This document shows, one piece after another, positions 26,475-35,971 of a stretch of 64,000 nt of DNA. Both the position numbers and the translations under genes were made by a program. The first letter of the stretch is position 1. Each line of letters begins with the position of its first letter. The notes beneath the pieces were generated by a model that made no database searches, was not told the DNA's origin, and saw only the letters and a list, made by a program, of their open reading frames with translations. The stretch spans positions 11,114-75,113 of the forward strand of contig CANRAR010000003.1 in the NCBI GenBank assembly GCA_947628675.1, written 5' to 3'. Source of the stretch: an uncultured Clostridia bacterium (GTDB taxonomy: Bacteria; Bacillota; Clostridia; Christensenellales; Borkfalkiaceae).

Positions 26475-28055
26475 ATGTGTTCGATTTTTGTGCTTACGGG
26501 CAAGAGCGTCCCGCGGGAGAAGGCCGAGCGCGCGTTCTATCAAACGCTGTCGCGCGGGCCCGATTTGAGCAATTTTTCCGTGACGAAGGAGGGCTACGTC
26601 GGCTTCCACCGCCTCGCCATCATGGGGCTCACCGTCAAGGGGATGCAGCCCTTTGTCCGCGGGAAGAACTTCTGCGTGTGCAACGGCGAACTGTACGGCT
26701 TCCGCGCCGTCCGCTCTGCCCTTGAAGAGGAGGGCTACGAATTCGAATCGGAGAGCGACTGCGAGATCCTTTTGCCCCTCTACGAAAAATACGGCGTGGA
26801 GATGTTTGCCCGCCTTGACGCCGAGTTCGCCTGCGTTCTCTACGACGGCGAGAGGGGGGAATACATCGCCGCGCGCGACCCCATCGGCATCCGTCCCATG
26901 TACTATGGGTATCTCGCGGACGGAAAGATCGCCTTTGCGAGCGAGCCCAAGAACCTCGTGGGGCTGTGCGCCAAAATTTTGCCCTTCCCCCCGGGGCACT
27001 ACTATCGGGGCGGCAAGTTTGTATGCTTCCGCGATGCGACGAAATTCCGCTCCCCCGCCGCGGGCAGTCTCGACGAAATTTGCGCGAAAATCAAGGCAAA
27101 ACTTACATATGGGGTGGAAAAACGGCTGGATTCGGATGCCCCCGTCGGCTTCCTCCTCTCGGGCGGATTGGATAGTTCGCTCGTCTGCGCCATCGCCGCC
27201 CGCAGGGAGAAACAGCCCATCCGCACCTTCTCCATCGGCATGGAGAAGGACGCCATCGACTTAAAGTACGCCCGCGAGGTCGCCGAGTACATCGGCTCCG
27301 CGCACACCGAATTTTTCATGACGCGCGAGGAGGTGCTCGCCCACCTCGAATTTGTCGTGAAGACGCTCGCCACATACGACATCACCACCGTCCGCGCGAG
27401 CATGGGGATGTACCTGCTGTGCAAGAAGATCCACGAGAACACCAACGTCCGTGTACTCCTCACGGGCGAGGTCTCCGACGAACTCTTCGGCTACAAATAC
27501 ACCGACTTCGCCCCCGACGCCGCGGCGTTCCAAGCGGAGGCGGAAAAGCGGGTGCGCGAACTGCATATGTACGACGTTCTGCGCGCCGACCGCTGCATCT
27601 CGGTCAACTCCATGGAGGCGCGCGTCCCCTTCGGCGACCTCGACTTCGTGGAATACGTCATGGGCATCGACCCCGCCCTCAAGATGAACACCTACGGCAT
27701 GGGCAAGTATCTTCTGCGCCGCGCCTTCGAGGGCGACCTGCTCCCGCATAGCATTTTATACCGCGAGAAGGCGGCGTTTTCCGACGCGGTGGGGCACTCC
27801 ATGGTGGATGACATCAAGGAGTTCGCCGAGGAGAAATACGGCACCGATTGGGAAAAAACGGCAAAACGCTACGAGTATTGGCGCAAACCGTTCACCAAGG
27901 AGGCGCTTTTATACCGCGAAATTTTCGAGAAATATTACCCCGGTCAGGCGGAGATGATTGCCGACTTCTGGATGCCCAACAAAGCGTGGGAGGGGTGCAA
28001 CGTCAACGATCCCTCCGCCCGCGTCCTCTCCAACTACGGCAAGAGCGGCGAATAA
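26475..28055 (+). CDS. asnB: Asparagine synthase (glutamine-hydrolysing)
   Basis: Begins MCSIF (Cys2 nucleophile). SGGLDSS PP-loop. 526 aa. The upstream part of track ORF 26175.. is the T-box leader. Confidence 0.92.
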   Translation: MCSIFVLTGKSVPREKAERAFYQTLSRGPDLSNFSVTKEGYVGFHRLAIMGLTVKGMQPFVRGKNFCVCNGELYGFRAVRSALEEEGYEFESESDCEILLPLYEKYGVEMFARLDAEFACVLYDGERGEYIAARDPIGIRPMYYGYLADGKIAFASEPKNLVGLCAKILPFPPGHYYRGGKFVCFRDATKFRSPAAGSLDEICAKIKAKLTYGVEKRLDSDAPVGFLLSGGLDSSLVCAIAARREKQPIRTFSIGMEKDAIDLKYAREVAEYIGSAHTEFFMTREEVLAHLEFVVKTLATYDITTVRASMGMYLLCKKIHENTNVRVLLTGEVSDELFGYKYTDFAPDAAAFQAEAEKRVRELHMYDVLRADRCISVNSMEARVPFGDLDFVEYVMGIDPALKMNTYGMGKYLLRRAFEGDLLPHSILYREKAAFSDAVGHSMVDDIKEFAEEKYGTDWEKTAKRYEYWRKPFTKEALLYREIFEKYYPGQAEMIADFWMPNKAWEGCNVNDPSARVLSNYGKSGE

Positions 28056-28059
28056 TTCC

Positions 28060-28245
28060 ACGGTGCGCCCTTGCTCGCCCCCTCCCGAGGAGGGGGGTAG
28101 GGGGTGTGGCAATCCTCATACGCTCGCCCCGCGCCCCGTTTTTTCGCGTCATTCTGAACCGCCGCCCGCGCTCCGCCCCCGCTGGTGCGGGGGCGGAGCG
28201 CGGGCGGCGGTGAAGAATCCCGATGGGCGAAGTCCGCCCCCATCC
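28060..28245. repeat. Cluster of short dispersed repeats in reverse orientation (R1-, R3- and palindrome-type)
   Basis: CCTCATACGCTCGCC (R1 reverse complement). GCGTCATTCTGAACCGCCGCCCGCGCTCCG and GAAGAATCCCGATGGGCGAAGTCCGCCCC (R3 reverse complement; compare 42370-42475 and 43141-43258). Palindrome CCGCCCGCGCTCCGCCCCCGC-TGGT-GCGGGGGCGGAGCGCGGGCGG. Confidence 0.7.
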
Positions 28246-28303
28246 ATAACCTGTACTTATACTTCTCGTCAAAACGCCAAAAGGGAAAAGGAGAGCGAAA
28301 CGT

Positions 28304-28332
28304 TTGACTTCCCTCGCGCGAAATCATATAAT
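28304..28332 (+). promoter_or_regulatory. Promoter of the glutamine synthetase gene (TTGACT-17-TATAAT)
   Basis: Hexamers at 28304-28309 and 28327-28332. Confidence 0.55.
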
Positions 28333-28366
28333 AGGGTCGTAAATCAACCATATAAGAGGAAAACGT

Positions 28367-30445
28367 ATGAACGTAACCGAACTTTTCGGCACCAACGTAT
28401 TCAACGACGAGGTGATGAAGAACTCCCTGCCGAAGGAAGTCTATAAGTCCCTCCGCAAGACCATCGACGAGGGTGAGCCCCTCGATAGTTCCATTGCGAG
28501 CGCGGTCGCCAACGCCATGAAGGACTGGGCGGTGAAGAAGGGCGCCACGCACTACACGCATTGGTTCCAGCCCCTCACCAACCTCACGGCGGAAAAGCAC
28601 GATAGTTTCATCGAGCCCTCGGGCGACAAGGCCATCCTGCAACTCACGGGGAAATCCCTCATCGTGGGCGAGCCCGATGCCTCGTCCTTCCCCTCGGGGG
28701 GAACGCGCGCCACGGCAAACGCCCGCGGCTACACGGCGTGGGATCCCACTTCGCCCGCCTTCGTCAAGGAGGGCACCCTCTACATTCCCACGGTGTTCGT
28801 CTCCTACACGGGCGAAACGCTGGATAAGAAGGCGCCGCTATTAAAGTCCATGACCGCGCTCGATACGCAGGCCAAGCGGCTTCTGAAACTCTTCAACATC
28901 GAGTGCAGAAAGGTCTCGACGACGGTCGGCCCCGAGCAGGAGTACTTCCTCGTCGATGAGGAGGTCTACAATCAGCGCAAAGACCTCATCCTGACGGGCA
29001 GAACGCTCTTCGGCGCGCCCTCCACGCGCGGGCAGGAACTCGAAGATCACTATTTCGGCACCCTCAAGACGCGCATCTCGGAGTATATGCGCGACCTCGA
29101 CGAGACGCTCTGGAGTTACGGCATCTTCGCCAAGACCAAGCACAACGAGGTCGCCCCCGCCCAGCACGAACTCGCGCCCGTCTTTACGACGACCAACGTC
29201 GCCGTGGACGATAACCAACTCACCATGGAACTCATGAAGAAGGTGGCAAAGAAGCACGGCCTCGTCTGCCTCCTCCACGAGAAGCCCTTCGAAGGCGTCA
29301 ACGGTTCGGGCAAGCACAACAACTGGTCGCTCTCCACCGATACGGGGCTCAACCTCCTCGACCCCGGCGAATCCCCCGAGGAAAACCCCCGCTTCATGCT
29401 CATTTTGGCCTGCGTCATCGCGGCGGTGGATCGGTATCAGGGGGTTCTCCGCGCCTCGGTAGCCTCTGCGGGCAACGACCACCGCTTGGGCGCCAACGAA
29501 GCGCCGCCCGCCATTCTCTCCGTGTACCTCGGCGATCAGCTCGGCGCCCTCGTCGATAGCATCGTCTTGGGCAGAGAGTATGTGCCTAAGAAGGCGATCC
29601 CGGGCTCCATCGGCGTCCCCGAGAGCCCCATCTTCCCCATCGACACGACGGACAGGAACCGCACGTCGCCTTTTGCGTTTACGGGCAACAAGTTCGAGTT
29701 CCGTATGCTCGGCTCGCAGGCGTCCGTCGCCGACCCCAACATCGTGCTCAACACCATCGCGGCGGAACTCTTCTCCGAGGCGGTCGAGGAACTTTCGGGC
29801 AAGAAGGACTTTGAAAAGGCCTGCAAGGCGTACACCGTAAAACTTCTCAAAAAGCACTACCGCATCATCTTCAATTACAACGGCTACGGGCCCGAGTGGG
29901 AGCCCGAGGCGGAGCGGCGGGGGCTTCTCAACAACAAGACGACGGCAGACGCCGTGCCCGAGTTCTTCAAGCGGGAGAACATCGATGTGTTCGTGCGGCA
30001 GGGCGTGTACACCGAGAAGGAGGTCATCGCCCGCGCCAACATCCAACTCGAAAACTACATCAAGACCATCGCCATCGAGGCAAAGACGACGGCGGAGATG
30101 GCGCGGCAGGACATCTACCCGTCGGTCAACGGTTACATCACCGAACTCTGCTCGGCGATCGCCGCCAAGCGCGCCGTCAGCGAGAAGTTCCCCTGCGCCG
30201 CGGATATGGCGCTCGCGGAGAAACTCTCCGCGCTCAACGAGGAACTCATGGAGGCAGTGGAAGCGCTCGAGGGCGACCTTGAAGAGATGCCCGAGGGCGA
30301 GGCGGCGGCTTCGCAGAAGATGGCGCACACCGTCGTGCCCGCCATGGAGCGGGTGCGCAGGGCTGCCGACGAACTCGAAAAACTCACTTCAAGCGACTAT
30401 TGGCCGTTCCCCAAATACACCGACCTCATGTACAGCGTCCGCTGA
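28367..30445 (+). CDS. glnA: Glutamine synthetase, type III
   Basis: 692 aa. The N-terminal GSIII-specific region ([18 protein letters not shown]...) and catalytic-core motifs are typical of the GlnN/GSIII family. Confidence 0.9.
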   Translation: MNVTELFGTNVFNDEVMKNSLPKEVYKSLRKTIDEGEPLDSSIASAVANAMKDWAVKKGATHYTHWFQPLTNLTAEKHDSFIEPSGDKAILQLTGKSLIVGEPDASSFPSGGTRATANARGYTAWDPTSPAFVKEGTLYIPTVFVSYTGETLDKKAPLLKSMTALDTQAKRLLKLFNIECRKVSTTVGPEQEYFLVDEEVYNQRKDLILTGRTLFGAPSTRGQELEDHYFGTLKTRISEYMRDLDETLWSYGIFAKTKHNEVAPAQHELAPVFTTTNVAVDDNQLTMELMKKVAKKHGLVCLLHEKPFEGVNGSGKHNNWSLSTDTGLNLLDPGESPEENPRFMLILACVIAAVDRYQGVLRASVASAGNDHRLGANEAPPAILSVYLGDQLGALVDSIVLGREYVPKKAIPGSIGVPESPIFPIDTTDRNRTSPFAFTGNKFEFRMLGSQASVADPNIVLNTIAAELFSEAVEELSGKKDFEKACKAYTVKLLKKHYRIIFNYNGYGPEWEPEAERRGLLNNKTTADAVPEFFKRENIDVFVRQGVYTEKEVIARANIQLENYIKTIAIEAKTTAEMARQDIYPSVNGYITELCSAIAAKRAVSEKFPCAADMALAEKLSALNEELMEAVEALEGDLEEMPEGEAAASQKMAHTVVPAMERVRRAADELEKLTSSDYWPFPKYTDLMYSVR

Positions 30446-30497
30446 AAATGCAAACCGCCGCGGATAGGCATCCCCGGCCGCGGAGCAAGGAGACAAA

Positions 30498-31640
30498 ATG
30501 CGCCGAAAGCTAAAAGAGAGAACGAAAATTCTTTTTTTGGTTTTCGGCTGTATTTTTTTACTGCTCCTCGCCGCCTTTTTGGCCGTCACGCAGACCAAGA
30601 CGCTGTCCGAGGGCGCAGTGAGCGAGGACGGCTCCTACACTTCCGTCCTCGCGGATATCGCAAACATTGCGGAGGCCGACCCGCGCGTCGTGGATCTTGC
30701 CATGCTCGGCTCGCACGATGCGAGCACGGGCGCACTCTCGGTGGGCGCTCCCGCCGATGAAAGCACGGGCGGCGGCGTAAAATTTCTCTATGCCGTGGCG
30801 CCGGGGCTCTCCTACCGCTACACCAAGACGCAGGTCTCCACCGTCACCGCGCAACTGCGGCAGGGCGCGCGGTTTTTGCACATCAAGTGCGCCTATCACG
30901 AGGGCAAGTGGTGCGGAAGCCACTCCATGGTAGACGGCGCCATCGAGGGCTACGTCCGCGAGGTCATCTCCTTTTTGCAAGGTGCGAAAGGGGAGATCGT
31001 CGTCCTGCAATTTCAAATCGCCTACGGCGGCGAGAGCACCCTCTCCGCCTTCCTTACAGAACTCTTCGCCTACGAATGCGAGGGGCATACGCTCAAAGAC
31101 TTTGTGCCCTACGAAAACGTCCCGCTCGGCGAACTCACCTACAACACGGTCACACAGAACGGCACAAAGGGCGGCGCCGTCGTCATGTTCTCGGGGGAGG
31201 ACGACCTGCCCGACGTCGAGCGGGTGTTCGATCTTCAAAACAGCGAATATCGCGGCAAGTGCTATTCAAGGAACTCGATGACAAACCGATGGTATAACCG
31301 CATGAAGACCTCCGCCATCGCGGAGGGCGTTGCTAAAAGGTGCGCGGAGATTCAGGGGGAATTTGACCGCTACAAAAATATGTTCCGCGTCATGCAGATC
31401 AACACCTCGCCGTGCGGAAAGGACTTTTTCGAAACGGTCGGCGCGTGGTCGCTCGTCAGCAAGGCGAAGAAGCACAACGCAGAGATGCTCCACTGCGCCG
31501 ATTTCGACAAGTGGATGGAGACGATGCCCGTCGTCCTGTGCGACTTTGTGACGTCGGCAAACGGCGGCTTCAACGCCAAGATCAACCAAAAAATCGTCGC
31601 GTACAATCAGAGATTGGTCGAACGTCTGCTCGCGGAGTAG
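30498..31640 (+). CDS. Membrane-anchored protein, possibly a PLC-like phosphodiesterase (PI-PLC X-domain-like)
   Basis: N-terminal TM helix. MLGSHDAST resembles the PI-PLC X-box (GTHDS). Otherwise unassigned. Confidence 0.45.
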   Translation: MRRKLKERTKILFLVFGCIFLLLLAAFLAVTQTKTLSEGAVSEDGSYTSVLADIANIAEADPRVVDLAMLGSHDASTGALSVGAPADESTGGGVKFLYAVAPGLSYRYTKTQVSTVTAQLRQGARFLHIKCAYHEGKWCGSHSMVDGAIEGYVREVISFLQGAKGEIVVLQFQIAYGGESTLSAFLTELFAYECEGHTLKDFVPYENVPLGELTYNTVTQNGTKGGAVVMFSGEDDLPDVERVFDLQNSEYRGKCYSRNSMTNRWYNRMKTSAIAEGVAKRCAEIQGEFDRYKNMFRVMQINTSPCGKDFFETVGAWSLVSKAKKHNAEMLHCADFDKWMETMPVVLCDFVTSANGGFNAKINQKIVAYNQRLVERLLAE

Positions 31641-31689
31641 CGCGTCCGCTTTGCAAACGGGCTGCGGCATTCCGCAAAGCAGCCCTTGT

Positions 31690-31711
31690 CCCCGCCGAGG
31701 CGGGGTTTTTT
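31690..31711 (+). terminator. Rho-independent terminator, immediately followed by the dut promoter (TTGACA 31713, TATAAT 31736)
   Basis: CCCCGCC-GA-GGCGGGG followed by TTTTTT. Confidence 0.65.
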
Positions 31712-31747
31712 CTTGACAGAATTTTCCCGGGGCGGTATAATGGCGCC

Positions 31748-32179
31748 ATGAAAGTCAACGTGAAAAAACTCAACGAAAACGCCAAACTTCCCACTTACGG
31801 CTCGGAATTTGCCGCCGGCGCCGACCTATACGCCGCCGAGGGCATGGAGATCCCCGCGGGCGAAACGCGCTTCGTGCACACGGGCATCGCGGTGGAATTG
31901 CCCGCAGGCACGGTTGGGCTCGTGTACGCGCGGAGCGGCCTCGCCTCCAAGCAGGACCTCGCGCCCGCCAACAAGGTGGGGGTCATCGACTGCGACTACC
32001 GCGGCGAAATCATCGTCTCCCTCCACAACCACGGCAAAGAGCCGCGCACGGTGAGCGCGGGCGACCGCATCGCCCAGCTCGTCGTCGCCCCGTATTACAC
32101 CTGCGAATTTGAAGAGGCGGCCTCGCTCTCCTCAACCGTCCGCGGCATCGGCGGCTTCGGCTCAACGGGCACAAAATAG
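31748..32179 (+). CDS. dut: dUTP diphosphatase
   Basis: AAGADLYA, GVIDCDYRGEI and RGIGGFGSTG motifs. Start at ATG 31748 inside the longer track ORF. Confidence 0.93.
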   Translation: MKVNVKKLNENAKLPTYGSEFAAGADLYAAEGMEIPAGETRFVHTGIAVELPAGTVGLVYARSGLASKQDLAPANKVGVIDCDYRGEIIVSLHNHGKEPRTVSAGDRIAQLVVAPYYTCEFEEAASLSSTVRGIGGFGSTGTK

Positions 32180-32205
32180 GCTCACAAAATTCTTTGATAT
32201 AAAAT

Positions 32206-32263
32206 CCGTCGGCAGGAACCACCGCAAACCCCGTACTTCGCCTACGGCTTGTGCCGCCCTTGG
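32206..32263 (-). repeat. Fragment D of the structured element family (about 58 nt shared core, then divergent to ~32440)
   Basis: CCGTCGGCAGGAACCACCGCAAACCCCGTACTTCGCCTACGGCTTGTGCCGCCCTTGG matches 32553-32611 of copy B with 3 substitutions. Confidence 0.65.
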
Positions 32264-32451
32264 AGTGTAAGTAGTGCGCGCAGGGTGGCGGAAGTGGATT
32301 CCGCCTAAGGCACATAATTTACAGTAAAGACGGCAAAGCGGTTGTCTAACAAGCGGCGGGAGTGTCGCTTCTTATTATCCTGCGAACGGGATAGGGGATA
32401 AGACAGACAGCCCCCATATACTTACAACAAATGATATTACCAAGAGAATAA

Positions 32452-32483
32452 AAAAGATAAAAGATTAGATTATTTTATCTTTT
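32452..32483. repeat. Perfect 11-bp A/T hairpin abutting copy B
   Basis: AAAAGATAAAA-GATTAGATTA-TTTTATCTTTT. Copy B begins 3 nt later. Confidence 0.7.
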
Positions 32484-32486
32484 TAT

Positions 32487-32862
32487 GATGCGCCCCGATC
32501 CATATCTACTCACAGTAGAATTCTATCATCATCGCTCATTTTGCGGCTCCCCGTTTGCGTCGGCAGGAACCGCCGCAAACCCCGTACTTCGCCTGCGGCT
32601 CGTGCCGCCCTTGGTTGAAAATAGTGCGGGCGGGACGCGCCCTCCAGCGCTCCTGTCGCGGTGCGCTACTACGTGCCGCGCTTAGTAGACAATGGTGCGC
32701 GCGGGGCACAGCCCACTGGGCTGTTGAGCATGGTGCACCGCTCCACCCGCGGAGCGGCTGAGCCTCCTCGTTGCGTGAGGTTTCGCCCTTTGAAGCCTCA
32801 CGCAATGAGGAGGGCCCCAAGCGGGAGCGCGGGAGGAGCAAGCGACCCGCATAGCGTCGCAC
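32487..32862 (-). repeat. Structured non-coding element, copy B (376 nt, inverted relative to copy A, with a 39-nt extra hairpin)
   Basis: The reverse complement aligns with 7727-8063 along its whole length. The extra segment carrying hairpin CTACTA-AGCGCGGCACG-TAGTAG sits at ~32657-32695. Confidence 0.8.
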
Positions 32863-32961
32863 CAACTCCGTCAACAATATGCCCAAATCGCGGAGCAAGC
32901 GATTTGCCGTATCATTCGGCGGGCGTCTATCACGAAACTCCACCAAAAGGAAAAAATAGCA

Positions 32962-33645
32962 ATGCGAATGCGCAAAAAGCGGCATTTGGAGCCGCGCATG
33001 GAGCGGTGCGCCGCCATCTTGTTGGCGCGCGGCAAGCCCTGTAAAAACTTAAAGGAGGCGGCGGAAAACTACCGCTTCCTCCTAAATTATGCCGAAATTT
33101 TCGGCAATAGTAACCCCGTCGAACTCGAGATTGGGTGCGGCAACGGCGGCTTTCTCCTCGAAAAGGCGAAGCGCGAGCCCGCCGTCAACTTCCTCGCCGT
33201 CGAACTGTGCACCAACGTCATCCTGACGGCGATGGAGCGCACGATGGCGGCGGAACTTAAAAACGTCCGCTTCCTCAACATCCCCGCCGAAATTTTGCAG
33301 TGCTACATTCCCGAACGCAGCGTCCGCAAAATTTACCTGAATTTCTCCACACCCCTGCCCGAAAAGAGCCGCGAAAAACAGCGCCTCACCTCGCAGCGGT
33401 TTCTCGAAATCTACAAAACGCTGTTAGTTTTCGGGGGGATCATCGAGCAAAAGACGGACAGCGCGGAGTTCTTCGATTATTCCATTTCCGGGTTCCAAGC
33501 GGCGGGCTTTCGCGTGGAGGAAGTCACGCGCGACCTGCACCGCAGCGCATATGCGCAAAACAACATCGTCACCGAGTACGAGGCCAACTTCGCATCACAG
33601 GGCAAGCCCATCTGCCGCTGCCTCGCCGTTTTGGAGCAACCATGA
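32962..33645 (+). CDS. trmB: tRNA (guanine46-N7)-methyltransferase
   Basis: EIGCGNGGFL SAM-binding motif and overall TrmB layout. 227 aa. Confidence 0.88.
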   Translation: MRMRKKRHLEPRMERCAAILLARGKPCKNLKEAAENYRFLLNYAEIFGNSNPVELEIGCGNGGFLLEKAKREPAVNFLAVELCTNVILTAMERTMAAELKNVRFLNIPAEILQCYIPERSVRKIYLNFSTPLPEKSREKQRLTSQRFLEIYKTLLVFGGIIEQKTDSAEFFDYSISGFQAAGFRVEEVTRDLHRSAYAQNNIVTEYEANFASQGKPICRCLAVLEQP

Positions 33646-34742
33646 ATTTTTCCTCCCACATTCCCACCAAGGTAATCGCGGGCAGGGGGTGCGTACGCGC
33701 CCACGCCGCGGCCTTAAAACCGCTCGGCACGTGCGCCCTCATCGTCACGGGAAAGTCGTCCAAAACGAGCGGCGCGCTCGCCGATGTCACGGCCGCCCTC
33801 GCGCAAAACTCGCAGCGTTTTGCCGTTTTCGACGAAGTCGCCCCCAATCCGACGCTCGCCTGCGTCAAAAAGGGACTCGCCCTTTTGCAGGAAACGGGCG
33901 CCGATTTCGTCATCGGCGTCGGCGGCGGCTCGCCCATGGATGCCGCCAAGGCGATCGCGCTTCTGGCGGTGGAGCCCCGCGCCGACGGGGCAATTTTCGC
34001 AGGCAATTACGGGGCGAACGCCCTGCCCATGGCGCACATTCCCACGACGGCGGGCACGGGGAGCGAGGTCACGCCTTACGCCATTCTCACCGACGATTTC
34101 GCCCGCACCAAGACGAGCATCACGTCGCCCGCGCTCTTCCCCAAGATCGCCTTTTTGGACGCCGCCTACACCGACAATTTGCCACCCCATATCACCAAAA
34201 ACACGGCGATGGACGCCTTTTCCCACGCCGCCGAGAGTATGCTGAAAAACTCCTCCTCGCCCGCCTCTGAACTGTTCGCCCGCGAGAGCCTGCGCATCCT
34301 GTATCCGCGCCTCAAATCGCTCGAACACCCCACCGAGGAGACGCGCGACGTCCTGCTTTGGGCATCCTGCCTCGCTGGCATGGCAATTGCCCACACGGGC
34401 ACCACGTTCGTGCACGGCATGGGGTACTTTTTGACCTACGATTACGGCATCGCCCACGGTCGCGCCAACGGGCTCTTGCTCGGCGAAACGCTCCGCATTT
34501 TCGCGGAGAACCACGTTCCCGCGGTAGGGGAAATTTGCGCCGCCTGCGGGGCGTCCGCCAATGAAATCATCAACACATTGTCGGTTTTATGCGGTGCGCG
34601 CGAAAAAATTCCCCGCGAAAAATGCAGGGAGTACGCCGCCCGCGCCATGCAGACCAAGAACATCAAAGCGTGTAAATATCAGCCGACGGAAGAGGACATC
34701 CTGCGCATCTTCACAGCATCGCTCGGCGGGGAGGAAACATGA
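33642..34742 (+). CDS. Iron-containing (group III) alcohol dehydrogenase
   Basis: GVGGGSPMDAAKAIA and a downstream His-rich metal site (HAAES...HTGTTFVHG). ATG 33642 overlaps the trmB stop (ATGA). Confidence 0.85.
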   Translation: MNFSSHIPTKVIAGRGCVRAHAAALKPLGTCALIVTGKSSKTSGALADVTAALAQNSQRFAVFDEVAPNPTLACVKKGLALLQETGADFVIGVGGGSPMDAAKAIALLAVEPRADGAIFAGNYGANALPMAHIPTTAGTGSEVTPYAILTDDFARTKTSITSPALFPKIAFLDAAYTDNLPPHITKNTAMDAFSHAAESMLKNSSSPASELFARESLRILYPRLKSLEHPTEETRDVLLWASCLAGMAIAHTGTTFVHGMGYFLTYDYGIAHGRANGLLLGETLRIFAENHVPAVGEICAACGASANEIINTLSVLCGAREKIPREKCREYAARAMQTKNIKACKYQPTEEDILRIFTASLGGEET

Positions 34743-35215
34743 GAAGGGCAGATCGGGAAGTCACGGACTTCGGAGAAATTTCAGAGATCATCGCGCGGTG
34801 CGACGTGTTGCGCCTCGCGTTGAACGGCGAGGGGTTTCCCTACATTTTGCCCCTCAATTTCGGCGAAAAGTTGACGGACGGACGCGTGGAATTTTATTTT
34901 CACGGCGCGCGTGAGGGGGAGAAATACGCGCACATGGCGCGTGACAGCCGCGCGAGTTTCGAGATGGACTGCGCCCACCGCCTCGTCGCGGACGAGGAAA
35001 AGGGGCAGTGCACCATGGAGTACGAGAGCGTCATCGGGCAGGGACACGTGGAGGAAGTTTTCGGCGCGGAAAAGGAAGAGGGGCTACGTATTTTGCTCGC
35101 CCACTACGGCAAGGAGAATTTTGCCTACAACCGCGCCGCACTCCCCGCGACCCGCGTCTTTAAGTTGGTCGTGGAGCGCATGACGGCAAAACGCCGCAAG
35201 TGCAAGACGGTGTAA
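34739..35215 (+). CDS. Pyridoxamine 5'-phosphate oxidase family (FMN-binding split-barrel) protein
   Basis: MRRADREVTDFGEISEIIARCDVLRLALNGEGFPYILPLNF is a typical N-terminus for this family. Confidence 0.8.
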   Translation: MRRADREVTDFGEISEIIARCDVLRLALNGEGFPYILPLNFGEKLTDGRVEFYFHGAREGEKYAHMARDSRASFEMDCAHRLVADEEKGQCTMEYESVIGQGHVEEVFGAEKEEGLRILLAHYGKENFAYNRAALPATRVFKLVVERMTAKRRKCKTV

Positions 35216-35224
35216 GGGGGAAAT

Positions 35225-35791
35225 ATGCAGAAGCGGCGGTGTGATTTCAGTTTGGGCGGAGGGCGCGTCTCGGAGAAGGCGCTCCTCTATCACGATACGC
35301 GTTGGTGCAAGCCCGAGCACCGCGAGGGCGAACTTTTCGCCATGCTCGTTCTCGAGGGGATGCAGGCGGGCGTCAGCTGGAACCTGATTTTGGAGAAGGA
35401 GGAAAACTTCCGCCGCGCGTTCGATGGCTTCGACCCTACGATCGTCGCCGGTTACGGCGAAGCAAAGATCGCCGAACTCATGCAGGATGCGGGCATCATC
35501 CGCAACCGCCGTAAGATCTGCGCCGCCATCGCCAACGCCCGCGCCTTTCTCGCCGTGCAGAAGGAGTTCGGCAGTTTCGATCAGTTCATTTGGAGTTTCA
35601 CGGGCGGCAAGACGATCGACCACCGGTTGAAGAACATCAAGGATATGCCCGCGAAGGACGCCCTCTCGGAGCGCGTGAGCGCCGAACTCAAACGCCGCGG
35701 CTTCCAATTCGTCGGCCCGACGATCATCTATTCCTACCTCCAAGGCATCGGCATCCTCAACGACCACTGCGTGGATTGCGATTTTCGGTAA
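35225..35791 (+). CDS. tag: DNA-3-methyladenine glycosylase I
   Basis: YHDTRWCKPEH...LFAMLVLEGMQAGVSW...GPTIIYSYLQGIGILNDH match Tag. Confidence 0.9.
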   Translation: MQKRRCDFSLGGGRVSEKALLYHDTRWCKPEHREGELFAMLVLEGMQAGVSWNLILEKEENFRRAFDGFDPTIVAGYGEAKIAELMQDAGIIRNRRKICAAIANARAFLAVQKEFGSFDQFIWSFTGGKTIDHRLKNIKDMPAKDALSERVSAELKRRGFQFVGPTIIYSYLQGIGILNDHCVDCDFR

Positions 35792-35823
35792 GAGAAATGG
35801 CGGATCTACAAAACCTCCGCATA

Positions 35824-35852
35824 TTGACAAGCATATCGCTTTGTGCTATAAT
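35824..35852 (+). promoter_or_regulatory. Perfect consensus sigma-A promoter at the left edge of the AT-rich island
   Basis: TTGACA (35824-35829), 17-nt spacer, TATAAT (35847-35852). A second TATAAT at 35944-35949 lies closer to the ORF. Confidence 0.6.
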
Positions 35853-35971
35853 TCTACTAATCGTAGAGTTTTATTGTGTGGCGCACGGAAAACGGGCAAG
35901 ACCACTCGAAAAGAAGTAGGTTTACTTTTTCGGCAAAAAAAGCTATAATGAGCCTGCACAGGAGGACATTT

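Noticed and set aside
28841-30328. 495-aa ORF antisense to type III glutamine synthetase. The same applies to 17279..18643, 8114..9106, 35084..35830, 58235..59530 and 62509..63597.
   Set aside because: Each is antisense to a gene with strong family motifs. None has its own RBS or any motif support.
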